Shown: piece after piece, positions 12,741 through 26,179 of the stretch
How positions within the stretch are numbered: the stretch's first letter is position 1
How the letters are laid out: every line of letters begins with the position of its first letter
DNA from: Eledone cirrhosa
Lineage: Eukaryota
Direction of reading: 5' to 3'
Length of the DNA stretch: 64,000 nucleotides
NCBI GenBank assembly: GCA_964016885.1
Contig: OZ024750.1
Location: forward strand, 37,014,001 to 37,078,000
Notes under the pieces: generated by a model
What the model was told of the DNA's origin: nothing
What the model saw: only the letters and a program-made list of their open reading frames with translations
Database searches by the model: none
Position numbers and translations under genes: made by a program

Positions 12741-13160
12741 AAAAGAATTTTTAAAAAAAGGGAATTGCGTGGTCGTGGGTGTGGGTAATATTGGTAGGAA
12801 GAAATATATACACACACACACACATATGCATACATATACATATATCCATACACATACATATGCACACATACACACGCAGACATACATACATGTCTATTCA
12901 TTATCATCATCATCATCATCATCATTTTACATCTGCTTTTTGCCTGCTTAGACACATGTATTCACACATGCTTACACACGCACATGTATATATACACGTA
13001 CACAGACAGACACACACATATGTACACATACGCACACACATATATACACATATACACACACATACAAATATATACATATATGCATATATATATATATCTA
13101 AAGACATTTTTTCCAATTCCAACCCGCCCATCCCCTCAATCTATCTTATTTCTCATTCTT

Positions 13161-13197
13161 TCTTCTGATGAAGGACTACCATCCAAAACATTAAGAC
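13161..13197 (+). ncRNA. Decayed minimal hammerhead-like motif (PLE terminal repeat)
   Basis: tctt CTGATGA a gga ctacca tcc aaaacatt aaga; equals ..ccGAAACGTT with two CpG-type G>A changes. Confidence 0.4.
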
Positions 13198-13447
13198 CCT
13201 CTTCCTGCTATATCAAGTGTTAACCTAATATATACCGATTGTGTTGTTATTTCTGTTTACCTTTTACATATATATATAAAGAGAGAGAGATAGATATATA
13301 TATATACATACATTCACATGCGTGCGTGCCCATGTGCATGTATAAACAAACATACATCTGCCTATATATGTGTGGAGTTGTGGAGGGATACACACACCAG
13401 TGTGTGTCCCCACATACACCCATGTACATACATATAGGAGAGGTAAT

Positions 13448-13642
13448 AATAACTGTTTCTACTTTTTGGCACAAGGGCAGCTATTACCCCAGTGTATTAC
13501 TGGTACTTTATTTTATCGACACTGTAAGGATGAAAGGTAAAGTTAACCTTGGCGGGATTTGAACTCGGATCATAAAGGGCCATAACTCAATGTGTCAAAG
13601 CATTGCGTCCGACCTTAGACCGATACTGCCAATCAACCGCCC
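13448..13642 (-). mobile_element. SINE family A
   Basis: Consensus match. Confidence 0.85.
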
Positions 13643-13689
13643 GGGAGAGGTAATATTAACAACAGTAATAATTAAGAGAAGGTGTACAT

Positions 13690-13916
13690 GAAGGCACATG
13701 GCTTAGTGGTTAGAGCATTGGGCTTGCAATCAAAAGGTTGCGAGTTCAATTCTCAGACCAGGTGATGTGTTGTTTCCTTGAGCAAGACACTTTATTTCAC
13801 ATTGCTCCAGTTTACTCAGCTGTAGAAATGAGATGATAGGACTGGGGTCCCTATCATTCCACTGCAAAGTGGTCGTGGAGGTGACACAGCAAAAAAGCAC
13901 CCAGCACTCACTGTAA
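13690..13916 (+). mobile_element. SINE family B, 3'-truncated at (TA)n
   Basis: Consensus match. Confidence 0.85.
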
Positions 13917-13981
13917 ATATATACATATATGTATATATACATATATATATATTTCTATATATATATACATATATGTATATA

Positions 13982-14016
<35 letters not shown>

Positions 14017-14055
14017 TTCTATATATATATATACATGTCTCTATATATATACATA

Positions 14056-15595
14056 TGCTGCCTGAAGTTAGATATTGGATGTAAACACCATGCTCGCAAT
14101 TCCTGAATGCAATATAGAAAACCATTGCAAAGTATATGGCAAACAGGGTTGGTGCTGAAATATCCCCCTGTTTCAATCCATTTTTTACTGAGATAGGCTC
14201 CGACATGTTACCTCTGACAATAACCCAAGCCTTCATGCCGTCATGGAAAGACCTACCCAAAGCAAGGAACTTATCATGGCAACCAAGTTTCTGGAGAACC
14301 TTCAACAATGCACTTCTCCTGGAGCTGTCTAACTGAGAAGATCATATCAGTAGTGGCGCGTCCAGCATGAAAACCAGATTGACTTTCAGGTAGAACACAA
14401 TCTGCAATGTGTGTCAGCAGATGGTCCAGAAGCACCCTACACAAAATTTTTCCTTCGACAGAAAGCAATGATATACCTCCATAGTTTCCACACTCATTCT
14501 TGTTACCCTTACCACCATTACTGCATCACTCCAGTCCTCATCCTAGCCCACATCCTCCCAAACAAAGAGTGAAGATGTTGCAGAAGTCTCTCACCACCAT
14601 ATTGTAGGAGCTCTGCATATATGCCATCCATACCTGGAGACCTTCCATTGTTCAGCTTCGAGATAGCTACTGCAACCTCCACAAGCATCGGTGGTTCTGC
14701 GGGAGCTACTTTCACAGGTTTTTCAGGAATGAGATTGAGGAAATCTTCATTGACAACAGATGGCTGATTCAAAAGTTCATTAAAGTGCTCTCGCCACCTT
14801 CATAGAATTCCTTGTGAGTCACGAAGCAGTTCCTTGCCATCCTTGCTGCGAAGCGGTGTCACCAGATAATGAAGACGATCCATAAACTTCACGCAAGAGA
14901 CTGTACAACAGCTTTGTGTTATTGGAATCTGATGCAGCTTATATCTCATCAGCCTTCTCACTCCACCACTTATCCTTCATCTGAGAAAGCCTCCACCTCA
15001 CACGTGATTTCACATCCTTGAGCTCCTTATGTAACATATTCTTCTCCTGTGGTTTTGCTGTCAAGTAGCGTGACAGAGCACGCCTCTTATCAGCCAACAA
15101 GTCTTCTATATGTTCATCATTCTCATTAAACCAGTCTTGTTGTTTTCTCTGCCCCAATCCCAGAACACGCCTGTCTACATCATAAACCGACTTTTTAAAG
15201 GTCGGCCAATCCTCACCAAGATCTGCAACATGCATCTCTTCTCGCAATATCCCCTTCACATTTTTATCTCTAAGATGAGCAGCATTCAATCTTCTGGGCA
15301 GGGTAACACCAGGAGCCTGGATTTTACGTTTAGTGATTAGTTTCACTTTTGCGTGTACCAGGCGACAGTTGGTCCAGCACTCAGCTGCATGAAGAGCACG
15401 AACACACTGCACATCCCATCTGTCACGCATCTTGACAAGGATGTATTCCAAAAGATGCCATTCCTTAGATGCAGGATGCATCCATGTGGTCTTAAATTTG
15501 TTCTTTTGCTAGAACATGATGTTGGTAACACACAGATCCAGCTCCTCACACATCTGCAGCAGGAGCATACGACTGTTGTTATACTTTCCCACTTC
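14056..15595 (-). mobile_element. RTE/BovB-like LINE remnant (APE end to RT)
   Basis: MHPASKEWHLLEY, GRSPGMDGIYAE, LSVEGKIL..LPESQSGF..DMIFSVRQLQEKC, GLKQGDISAPTLF; frameshifted. Confidence 0.85.
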
Positions 15596-15744
15596 ATGCC
15601 TGTAGTTACCTACATTCCGCGGGCTCACATACATTCTCTGTGCGTGATTTGGCTCAGCTCAGCCAATCAGCGCCAGCAGAAGAGGATGTATCCTTACGCG
15701 TCCTGAGAGAGAAATTACCCGCGAAGATTTGAAGAAAATCTCTC

Positions 15745-15825
15745 TCTCCCACCTGGGACTTCGAACCAGCAACACGTACATGTGATGGTGAGATTTTGCA
15801 CCTTAACCTGCTGAATTTCCGGCGC
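15745..15825 (-). other. Possible tRNA-derived SINE head
   Basis: Minus strand ..agcaggttaaggtg..gctggttcgaagtcccagg has A/B-box-like motifs; no full cloverleaf. Confidence 0.3.
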
Positions 15826-17000
15826 AATGACACATTCCCTTTTGTAACCTCATTTTTATGTGTAACTTCAACCATACAAGTTAACCAACATTATTTGTGC
15901 TACAACAAAAATAAACAAACATTTCATCTCTAATTTCTGCTGTTGACATCATTATTATGTTACTCGTGTCACAATAACATTTAATTTACCATGCTGATTA
16001 TTTGGCGACCGGCTCTCGGTCAGTTCACTCACGAGTAAGTTTGTTAACCTTATTATATCTGTATCGAATTTAATTAGTGGTTGGCCTGCAGTGGCGTTTA
16101 CTAAAGTAAATAACCCTGTGACGAATTCCCTAAATGCCTTTCGATTACATTCCAATGTGTTAAAATCCCTACCCACTCTTAGCATTAAAGTCACCAAGCA
16201 CGATGACCTTGACTGCCTGAAGGATATTTCTTAAAACACCTTTCAAGGCATGGTAAAAAGACACTTTTTGAGTAGTTAAAATGACACAACGATGGTTGCT
16301 TCAGGTTTAACATATCACCCACCACCACCCACCAAAAAAAAAAGTCCACAGTTTTTGTGTCTTTGTTGTATAGTTAAAATGACACATCCATGGTTGCTAT
16401 AGTTTCAAGATGTCATCTTAAACCAAGTCGTTTGTGAAACAAATACAACTGCAAACCTGTAATTGAATACCATTGGTGAAAATATTGATTACTAATATAA
16501 TCACAATGCTCCAACTATTTTTTTCAATTATATAAAATCTAGCCAGTGGTCGATATTTATTTTATACCCCCCCCCCCCCCCACCCACCTTCTTCAGAAGG
16601 ATGAAAAGTAAAATTAACTCCAGCAGGGGTTTAAATTTAAACATATTAAAAAAAAAAATGTTATTAAATGCTGCAAGGTATTTTTACCAACTTAATGCTA
16701 CAATCTTCAGTAGAAATATCAAAGAAAGCCTGTCACAAACCAAGCAGTGTAGATTATAAATATGTCAGATAATGACAGCTGTCTGACATTAGAACTTATC
16801 TGTGTATCTTTCATTGATACATATGTATATATATGTCATTGATACATATACACAGTTAGCGACAGCTGTCTGCTATTAGAACTTATTTGTGTATCTGTCA
16901 TTGATACATATATACATATATATACATATATGATACATATATATATACATATATGTACATACATATATATATATGCGTGTGTGTATATATATATATATAT

Positions 17001-17331
17001 TCTCAGACTGGGTGATGTGTTGTTTCCTTGAGCAAGACACTTTATTTCACATTGCTCCAGTTTACTCAGCTGTAGAAATGAGATGATAGGGACTGAGGTC
17101 CCTATCATTCCACTGCAAAGTGGTAGTCGAGGTGCCACAGCAAAAAAGCACCCAGCCCACTCTGTAAAGTGGTCGAGAAGGCGCCACGGAAAAAAAGCAC
17201 CCAGCACTTACTGTAAATGAGGTTGGTGTTAGGAAGGGCATCCAGCTGTAGAAATCAAGCCAGAATCAGTTCCTGTCCCACCCTTGCAAGCAGGGAAAAG
17301 CGGACATAAAATGAAATGATGATGAATGATG
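17001..17331 (+). mobile_element. SINE family B, 5'-truncated
   Basis: Consensus match with (gat)n tail. Confidence 0.85.
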
Positions 17332-17362
17332 ATATATATATATATATATATATATAATATAA

Positions 17363-17655
17363 TGAAATGACAGGAGGCTGGATTTGTGTAAATCCTTGAA
17401 AGGTTTATTATACTATGATCATTTCAATAGCAGAACCCGGTCATTGAAATGATCATAGTATAATAAACCTTTCAAGGATTTACACAAATCCAGCCTCCTG
17501 TCATTTCAATATAATATTTAACTCCGTAATAGCACCACCAACTACAAAAACAAAGGTGGTTGAACTGCCTTACGTTGAGTACTCTCTATATTATTGCATT
17601 ACGATTGACCATACGGAATCGACCAGCTCTATACAGTGGTGAACCTCAAACCTGA

Positions 17656-17690
<35 letters not shown>

Positions 17691-17710
17691 GGTTTGAGGT
17701 TCACCACTGT
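17363..17710 (+). mobile_element. Penelope-like terminal-repeat fragment with fold-back ends
   Basis: 66-bp perfect inverted arms 17363-17428/17443-17508; 26-bp arms 17633-17658/17685-17710 around (TA)n. Confidence 0.6.
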
Positions 17711-18045
17711 GTAGGTGTCACGACAAAAAAACACACAGCCCACGCTGTAAATGTGGCCGTGTAGGCAACACGGTAAAAACCTCCCAGCCCCACACTCTAA
17801 ATGTGGTTGGTGTTAGGAAGGGCATCCAGCTGTAGAAAACCCGCCAGACAGTCCACGCTGTAATGTGGCCGTGTAGGCAACATGGTAAAAACCTCCCAGC
17901 CCCACACTGTAAATGTGGTTGGTGTTAGGAAGGGCATCCAACTGTAGAAAACAGACAGTCCTATGCGAGCAAGACAACCACTCTTGCCTCAAGTGGGAAA
18001 ACCCCCGTCCAAACCCATGCAAGCGTGGAACACGGACGCTAAACC

Positions 18046-18075
<30 letters not shown>
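17711..18075 (+). mobile_element. RTE 3' UTR/tail fragment
   Basis: Reverse complement of about 991-1235, with an internal duplication and (gat)n tail. Confidence 0.8.
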
Positions 18076-18076
<1 letters not shown>

Positions 18077-18351
18077 ATATATATATTATCAGAAAAATAT
18101 GGAGGAAAAAGCAAGACATTTAAAAACAAAATTTAATTCTTACACAGTGTTTCATCTTCAAGTACATTTAAAATACAGTAGGTAGACATATATGTATATA
18201 TTCCACCATAGAGATGCACTTATAAGACTCATCAAAGAAAGATGTTTGTCCTTAAAGATGTCACTGAAGGGATAATCAAAGTCCATATGATAGCAAAATA
18301 AGGCTACACATTCATGAAACGTTTCTTCTTTAAAAAGTTATGGAGGTATTA

Positions 18352-18535
18352 ATAATTGTTTCTACTTTAGGCACAAGGCCAGCAAATACCCAGTACATTA
18401 CTGGTACTTTATTTTATCGACCCCGTAAGGATGAAAGGCAAAGTTAACCTCGGCAGGATTTGAACTCAGATTGTAAAGGGACGTAACTATGCTAGAAAGC
18501 ATGGCGTCCAACCCTCTACCGATACTGCCAATTCA
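18352..18535 (-). mobile_element. SINE family A
   Basis: Consensus match. Confidence 0.85.
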
Positions 18536-18593
18536 CTGGAACACCCTATATATATACACATACATATATATACATACACACATATATATATAA

Positions 18594-18789
18594 CAAAGGA
18601 GGTGTGGTAAGGGACCAGATGGACCATAACGCACCAGAGTACTCAATACTTAGGGTAGTAGAGTGGGTAATAGGAAAATGTTCAAGACCCCGACGGCAGA
18701 GCTCAAGCTGTTTCGACGGCTATTTCTGGACTGAAATAGCCGTCGAAACGGCTTGAGCTCTGCCGTCGGGGTCTTGAACATTTTCCTAT
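18594..18789 (-). mobile_element. Fold-back element in (TA)n (family of 33586)
   Basis: 57-bp inverted arms 18670-18726/18733-18789; body homologous to 33760-33838. Confidence 0.7.
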
Positions 18790-19034
18790 ATATAATACGC
18801 TCATTTCTATGTTCTACCTGTTGTTTATTAAAAAAAATACACATTCACACACACAAACACACACATATATATATATATATGTGTGTGTGAGTGTGTATAT
18901 ATGTGTTTGTGTTTGTGAGTGTGCATGCTTTAGTTAAGCATTCCTTGTTTCTTTCTATCTCTCATGTTTCTCTTGCCACTCCACTCAGTATGTATACTCC
19001 TCCTTCAACCCATACGTTAATTCTCTCTCCCCTT

Positions 19035-19790
19035 TTCAGCGGTTGATAGAAACTGTATATGGTTTACCCAGTGTGAACAAGACATGTAGTAGTATCATAG
19101 GTAAATTGACAGAGAAGATAAACTTCATATGTAACAGGTGTATAGTAGTTAACAGTAAGAACACTCGGGAAATGAACTCCCTCAAATGTTAAGGTATCTT
19201 TATTAGTTGCGGCGGTGAAAGTACCAAAAGTATTGTAGCCAGAGTGAGAACAGAGTGGAAAAAGTTCAGGAAGGTTTTACCTCTGCTAGCAACAGAATAC
19301 TTCTCTCTCTCTCTGAGTGAAAGGCAGATTATATGAAGCTTGTCTACATGATAGTGAGACATCTAATCTACACAATAGTGAGACATCTAATCTACACAAT
19401 AGTGAGACATCTGCCTTAAATACAGATCTGTGGTAGCTAAAAAGAAATGAAGTATGTATGCTGTTCTGGATGTGTAATGTTAGTGTACATGAATGACAGA
19501 ACACAACTGAATGAAAGAAAAGCTGAGAATAAGAAGAATGGAATGTAGCAGGCAAGAGAAACTGATAAGTTCATATGATGCATAAGGAAAACAAGAATTT
19601 TCTAAAAAGTATCAAGTGCTTAAAGTTAAAGTAGATGGAACCGGCTGAAGGGAGAGACTAAAGAAGGCATGGGATAAAATTGTGAAGAATGTCCTCAAGA
19701 AACTGAACCTCAGAAAGGAAAATACACAGGACTGAGCTGATTGATTATATGTCATAATACAAAAAGAACATCTACCAGTACAAAGTAAAT
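19035..19790 (+). mobile_element. Heavily decayed RTE 3' half
   Basis: Aligns with the RTE pieces (agagtgagaacagagtggaaaaagttcagg, ggcagattatatgaagcttgt, tggatgtgtaatgttagt). Confidence 0.65.
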
Positions 19791-19867
19791 GTGATGAGAG
19801 ACCAGAAGGTAGTGTTTGGTGATCAAACGGAGACAAAATAAAAAGGCATCCAGTACACTTAGTAAAA

Positions 19868-20345
19868 GGTGGCAAATTGCCACAGTCCTTAGAATGTCGT
19901 ATAGAATACTTTGTGGTGTTCGTTTCAGCACTCTGCTCTCTGAGTTCAAATCCCGCGAAGGTGAACTTTGCCTTTCATCCATTCGAGGTGGATAAAAAAG
20001 TACCAGTCAAGTACTGGGGTCAATTCTTCCTCTGTATCTTTTTCTGATTTCCATTCTCTCACTCTCTATTCTTCTCTGAAAGAAATTTGCTGTATTCAGA
20101 CCTGGAGAGGCGATGGGCTCTGCCTGGCTTTTAAAGTGCCATGGAAACACAGTATGTCAATACGGCACCCCTACAACTCCACCGGGAGTGATGGGACCAT
20201 GCATGCATGCACACTTAGTAAGGTGGTTGGTGTTGGTTGTAGAAATTGTGTCAAATATGGAACGTATAAGCAACATAAAGTTGATCCAACCTGCCTAGTC
20301 TCAGACCATGACAACTCGTCCAACCCATGCCCGTGTGGGACCTAG
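19868..20345 (+). mobile_element. SINE family C
   Basis: ggtggcaaattg head, B box gagttcaaatccc, tail shared with 32738 and 42020. Confidence 0.7.
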
Positions 20346-20880
20346 TCATAGAGTGGTGATAATGATGCATATATGTATATGCCCAGGGAACTCTGTAGAA
20401 TGTGGTTACATATGTAAACAAGATGTGAACCTCGGCCAGACTGAGAGGTCATTATCTCTGATTAAGTACTGACTTGGTCTCTGAAAACCTATCCAACCCT
20501 AACTAGCAAGGAAAACAGACGTTAAACGGTAATGATGATGCTGATAATGGTGATGATGGTAGCGGCGGCGATGGTGATAGTGGTGATGATGATAGCGGCG
20601 GCGGCGGCGATGGTGATAGTGATGATGATAATTATGGTGATGATGTTGATGAAGATGCTTCTGTTGCTGATGATGATTGTGGTGATGATGATTTTAATGC
20701 TGTTATGTATTTTTCAATGAGCAAAAAAAAAAAAAATGTTTATCTTCACAAATAGATGTTATTGATAAGAGTTGTTTCCCCTGGTGGATATTTACTAACA
20801 AAAGCAATGATCTCAAAATAGTCCAGACGACATTTAAAAAATAAGTGACCAAGCTACTTGTGGTATATTGACAATATTAA

Positions 20881-21386
20881 CCCTTTAGCATTCAAATCCC
20901 GCTGAGGATAACTTTGCCTTTCATTCTTACGGGGTCGATGAAATAAAGTACCAGTAATGCCCTGAGATAATTGCTGGCCTTGTGCCAAAAGTAGAAATAA
21001 TTATTTTATATATACTATTATATTGGCAGTATCAGTAGAGAGTCGGACGCCATGCTTTCCACCATAGTTACGTCCCTTTACGGTCTGAGTTCAAATCCCG
21101 CCGAGGTTGACTTTGCCTTTCATCCTTACGGGGTCGATAAAATAAAGTACCAGTAATGTACTGGGATAATTGCTGGCCTTGTGCCAAAAGTAGAAACAAT
21201 TATATTTTCATGGTAAAGGCTTTACCTCACATAATTATCTCACATAATATTCAATCTATGAGATTTTGAAAGTATTTATTTTGAAAACAATACCTTAACA
21301 TCAGTTTGAGTGACCAGTTACAGCCAGTTTCAACAGAAAGTGGTAGAGAATTCTGGCTGGTTTTGGCCGGTTTGAACACTAAAGGG
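20881..21386 (+). mobile_element. TTAA MITE (piggyBac-like) with two nested SINE A copies
   Basis: TTAA|ccctttagcattca ... tgaacactaaaggg; interior matches the 25463 and 45280 copies. Confidence 0.7.
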
Positions 21387-21489
21387 TGAAATCAAGTTAT
21401 ATCATTTATACCCCATAAGTGACCAAGCTACTTGTTGTGGTATATTGATAATATTAAAGCTAATGTGAGCTGTGTCATTTACCTATGTC

Positions 21490-21756
21490 CAGGGTCAGAT
21501 TTAGACCTTGGGGGCCCTCATACACAAAAAATTAAAATACACAGCAAATCCCCAATTTTAGATACCAAAGTAAGCTTGGTACAAGTAACTGGAATTTAAA
21601 AGTTATACATACAGGTATTCAAAAAATCTAACCATCCATAACTAAAAAGCCTAGCAGAGGGCACAAATAAATTGCTACAGCTGTTGCTGGTGGGGCACTC
21701 CACTGCAGGGGCCCCAGGGCAATTGCTCCCTTTGCCCTCCATTAAATCTGGCCCTG
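21490..21756. mobile_element. hAT-like MITE
   Basis: TIRs cagggtcagattta / taaatctggccctg; imperfect 8-bp TSD cctatgtc / cctatatt. Confidence 0.7.
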
Positions 21757-23830
21757 CCTATATTACATAAATGACAAAGTTGCTTGTGATATATTGATAA
21801 CATTAAAGCAAGCTGTCATTTGTCTATGTCCTGCATAAATATTACATCCCACAGCATAGTTGTTCAACAAAGATTATACGTATATCACATATTAATAAAT
21901 ATAAACAGGGTGATCCAACCATATAAAAACTGTCCTGAAAAGTCTCATCTAACCCACATTAGTATAGAAAAACAGAATTGATGAAGAGGAGGAGGATGCT
22001 GAAGATAACAAAGATGATGATGATTCTTTTACTTGTGTTTGAGACTGTTGTCTCAGGTTCAGGATCAGAGATCAGGGATCAGTTTCTAAGGCTCACTGCA
22101 GGGAGGTCAGCAACTTGGGCCACATGATTATGATGATGATTGTCCATAGGTATATTTCCAACTTGATAGCATAAAAATACAATACATCACAACACACTAT
22201 AACATTTACATGTAAATTCCACTAATATATAAACTAGTAAAGTGATTTCCTTTAAAAATAAAAATATTTAGAGAAAAGTTTGTGTACTGAAAATATTACT
22301 TGTTACTGGTTAGTATTGATGTTGTTAATTTTCAAAGGTATCTATAGTATGTTTCTTCTCAAATTCTTTCAACATCAAAGGTATCGTGTAATCCAACAAT
22401 TTCAATGAACATATTCTAAGCTTGAAGCAATAAAGGAATATTTTGTTTGTATTTCAAGAGAAAAATAAATCCGTTATGGTGCTGAGAAATTTCTCAAAGA
22501 TATATTGCTTCAACAATAATTTCCTAAAAAGAGATTACCTCAGTATTTCTTTTTATGATTCCTATAATACTTCATCTTTTAATCTCTTTAACACTTCCTT
22601 GGTAAATATTGCTCTTAGTAGATTTATTTCATGCTGTTATATTATAGGTTACATTTATAATTATGGTCATGTAACACCCACAGCCAAACAGTAGTACAAA
22701 TGAATTATTGATAAAGTTGGTAAACTATGAATATATATACATGTACATGTGGAGGGAAGAACATGTGGAGGGAAGTACATGTACATGTGGAGGGAAGAAT
22801 ACATGCGAATGTATATAGAAATGAAATGTCATGAATAACATGTTAGTTGTTTAGGAAAATGTACGAAAATTCTATAAAGTCGTGATTTCAATTTTGAAAA
22901 AAATTGACCAAATTTTAAAATGGTATTTGTAATAAATGTTTCTTTTCATGTCATTCATATTTGTCATCATATAACAAGTTTATTCAACATTTAAAAAAAT
23001 TCTGTTTGAAGCAAATTTTCTGAATACAATGCTCACCCATTTGATATTTTTTTTATCGTAAAGAGAATATTTGATAACTCAGGTTGACTTGAACTGACCT
23101 TCTGTTGATATTTGGATTTTTTATTGTTTTGATAACAGAACTTGTAAGTAGTTAAGGGCCAAAACACTCATTTGATGAGGGGTTTCTGCTGTCCAGCTCT
23201 CCTGAGAGTTTCTTATTACTATAATCAAATAGTTCTTGACAAAGTATATGTTAATTGAATAACATGATTTCCTTGTTGACTAGCAGTTTTATTTGCTACA
23301 ATAGCTTTTTTTATCATCATCATAGCTTAACATCTATTTTCCACTTTAGCAGACGAGTTATCCTGACATTGTGAGACAAGTCAGATCAGGTGACTGTGTC
23401 TTGCTCAAACAGAACTGTTTCTGGCTTGGTTTTTACAGCTGCATGCCCTTCCTAACACCAACCATATTTACAGCATGGACTGGGTGCTTTTTATCATGGC
23501 ACCAAAACAACCAACTCACAGATTGAACTGGGTATTTTTCCATCATGTCACTAGTACGACCCCCTTACAGGGTGAATTAGGTGCTTTATATATTTATATA
23601 ATTTAAGGCTGTTCAAGAAGAAACAACAGCAACAACAAAAAACAAAACAAAAATCACCAGGTAACTAACTTTTTCGTTACCTTCATCTTACCACCCATTT
23701 TGCATTGTTTAACCTTTTATCACTTTCCACATTGAATAATATTATGTTTTGTCTTTTTATTTTCTTCAATGCAAGAGATTCTGTAGTATGAAAACAATGA
23801 TGTATTTCATTTTCTTTTAATTTATAGTAG

Positions 23831-23963
23831 AAAAATCTTCCAACTAAACAAGGAAATCTGCTGTATGAGGGGAGAGTATTGGCTGCCATAGAGATTGAAA
23901 CATGTAGAAAAAGTGTATCCAAACTCACAGCAGAACTGAATGAAGTGAAATATTTCATAACAG
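23831..23963 (+). CDS. Candidate internal coding exon of an unknown host gene
   Basis: Pyrimidine tract ..tttatagtag| then an open frame KNLPTKQGNLLYEGRVLAAIEIETCRKSVSKLTAELNEVKYFIT, then cag|gtaaaa; no recognisable homology. Confidence 0.3.
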
Positions 23964-24486
23964 GTAAAAGTGTTTTATTAATTTGGTAGTAAATTGATAA
24001 AGAAAATCGGTAGTGAAATATAATGATTTGTGCTATTTGCTCAGTCTTTCTAATCTAATTTCTAAATTCAAATCACAGGTAGGTCAACTTTGTCTTTCCT
24101 CAATTTTTAAGCAGAGTCTTCAAACACTCCTTCCAGAGGGTCCGGTCAGAAGCAACCATTTCCAGTCGATCTGGTTGAATCCCCAAGCAAGACCAGCCAA
24201 GCTCATGGATGTTATCCAACCATCTTACTCAGGGTCTACCCTTAAGTCTCCTGCAGGTTGGGATTGCCCATAATATCTGTCCAGTGATTCTTTCCCGAGA
24301 CAGTCTAACAACATGTCTGTAATATTGGAATTGTGAATTCGGAGAAGTAGCTGCTCTACCTGGAGTGACTCTCTATTCTCCAAGTTATGCACTCTATCAA
24401 GTAATGCTACTCCAAAGACCCTTTGGAGGAACACTATTTCAGTCAGTTGGTTTTGTGATCATATTCTTTCAGTCATTACCCAAGAG

Positions 24487-24966
24487 AAGCAGAAAAACCA
24501 CCCTTCGGGTGGTTTTCTGCTAGCGTGTGTAGTGTGTATATTGATATTATACGCAGGTATATATGCATGCAGATATGATACATCAAATAAAATCGTAATT
24601 GACAATATACATAGAAATTGAACGAACACTGCGGTACACTGTCTTATGGAATCAGTAACGTAATCCATGATACATTAAAAAAAGACGATATTATATATAA
24701 ACTGCATTAGGAGAAAATTAGTGGCAGAAAATTAGTATGTTTATTTAAGCGACCGCCAACCGGAAGTGTTGACATTTCAGAAATTTTAAAGAAGTGAATC
24801 TTTAAATAAACAAAATATATTTAATCAACAGCCACGAAATTTAGTAGATAAATTATGTAATATTCATTCATTATTTATTCAAAGTAATCAAACTTATTTT
24901 ACTAATGGGATAAAAAAATTATGAACTGTTCGCAGTCCCACGCTCTTTACTTTATTATAGTTTAGA
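24487..24966 (-). mobile_element. Non-autonomous Helitron inserted in an RTE remnant
   Basis: Near-identical to 56344-56956; splits ..cattacccaaga | atcatgaccataggtaagggt (TLTYGH-like) with no TSD. Confidence 0.7.
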
Positions 24967-25473
24967 ATCATGACCATAGGTAAGGGTTGGCACAAATACT
25001 GAATTAAAGATAGCAAGTTTGGCTTTTATACCTACCTCCCTTCTTCTGTTGACTGAATGTTGAAGCTAGTGCTCTACAACTACAACAGATGAAACTTTAG
25101 CAATATATAGAGTCTAGCAGTCTTGAATAGGGGACAGGGTTATATGCCTTGCTGTACTCTAATGGATGGTTACAACTACAGCAAATGGAAATATAGCAAT
25201 ACATAGCAATACATAGAGACTCTCACATCCATGAGGACAGGGTTATATGCCTTCATATAGTGTTATCATATGATAAGTTGTTGCAGTGTGCTTCACTGTT
25301 TTAACGCTTTTCTAATGAAATACATTGTTTCAATTAATTAACAAAGAATTTTGAGGGATTTACTAAAATTATTAATTATTTCATTACTCAGATAGTAATT
25401 TAATGTAAAGTTCTTATATGAAATTATGTTGGAAGATTTTAATTTAAATTGGAAACCTTTAACCCTTTAGCAT

Positions 25474-25817
25474 TCACATTACTCTATATTTACTATTGTA
25501 TTTTCACAGTAAAGGCTTTACCTCACATAATTATCTCACATAACATTTATAAACCCATGCAAGCATGGAACACGGACGCTAAACCTGATGATGATGATGA
25601 TGATGATGATTACTCTATATTTACTATTGTATTTTCACAGTAAAGTCTTTACCTCACATATCTCACATAACATTTACATTACTCTATATATACTATTGTA
25701 TTTTCACAGTAAAGGCTTTACCTCACATAATATCTCACATAACATTTACATTACTCTATATATACTATTGTATGTTCACAGTAAAGGCTTTACCTCACAT
25801 AATATCTCACATAACAT
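25474..25817. repeat. 72-bp minisatellite, left part (RTE-tail fragment at 25551-25610)
   Basis: Unit ttacattactctatatatactattgtattttcacagtaaaggctttacctcacataatatctcacataacat. Confidence 0.9.
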
Positions 25818-26179
25818 CTCGTATACGAGAGACGTGTGTTGACGTGTGTGAACAAGCTCGGCTACCGAGTCGGATTTACTTACTCAAAAGTGAGTTTTGA
25901 TTAATTTTTTATACTGTAATATACGTTAACCACTTGCCTTGGTCGTCAAACTTTGAGTTTATTTATTTTCGCCCCTTTTTGGGGCGAATTTTCCAGTTAA
26001 AAACTTATTACGGCAAACAAATAGAAATGAACGGAATTTTCACATCTCATCCTAACGTGAAAGCCACGCCCCCTAAGTAAGGTGATACAGAGAAGCTAGA
26101 AGCACAAGGCTCTAAGTCTTCCCTCCTCACTTCTGCAAAAGAAACATGGAACACGGAATTAAAAGAAAAATTTGTAAAA

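Noticed and set aside
25588-25842. Repeat-protein ORFs (SHNIYITLYILLYFHSKGFT)
   Set aside because: The 72-bp satellite happens to be stop-free; it derives from a MITE interior
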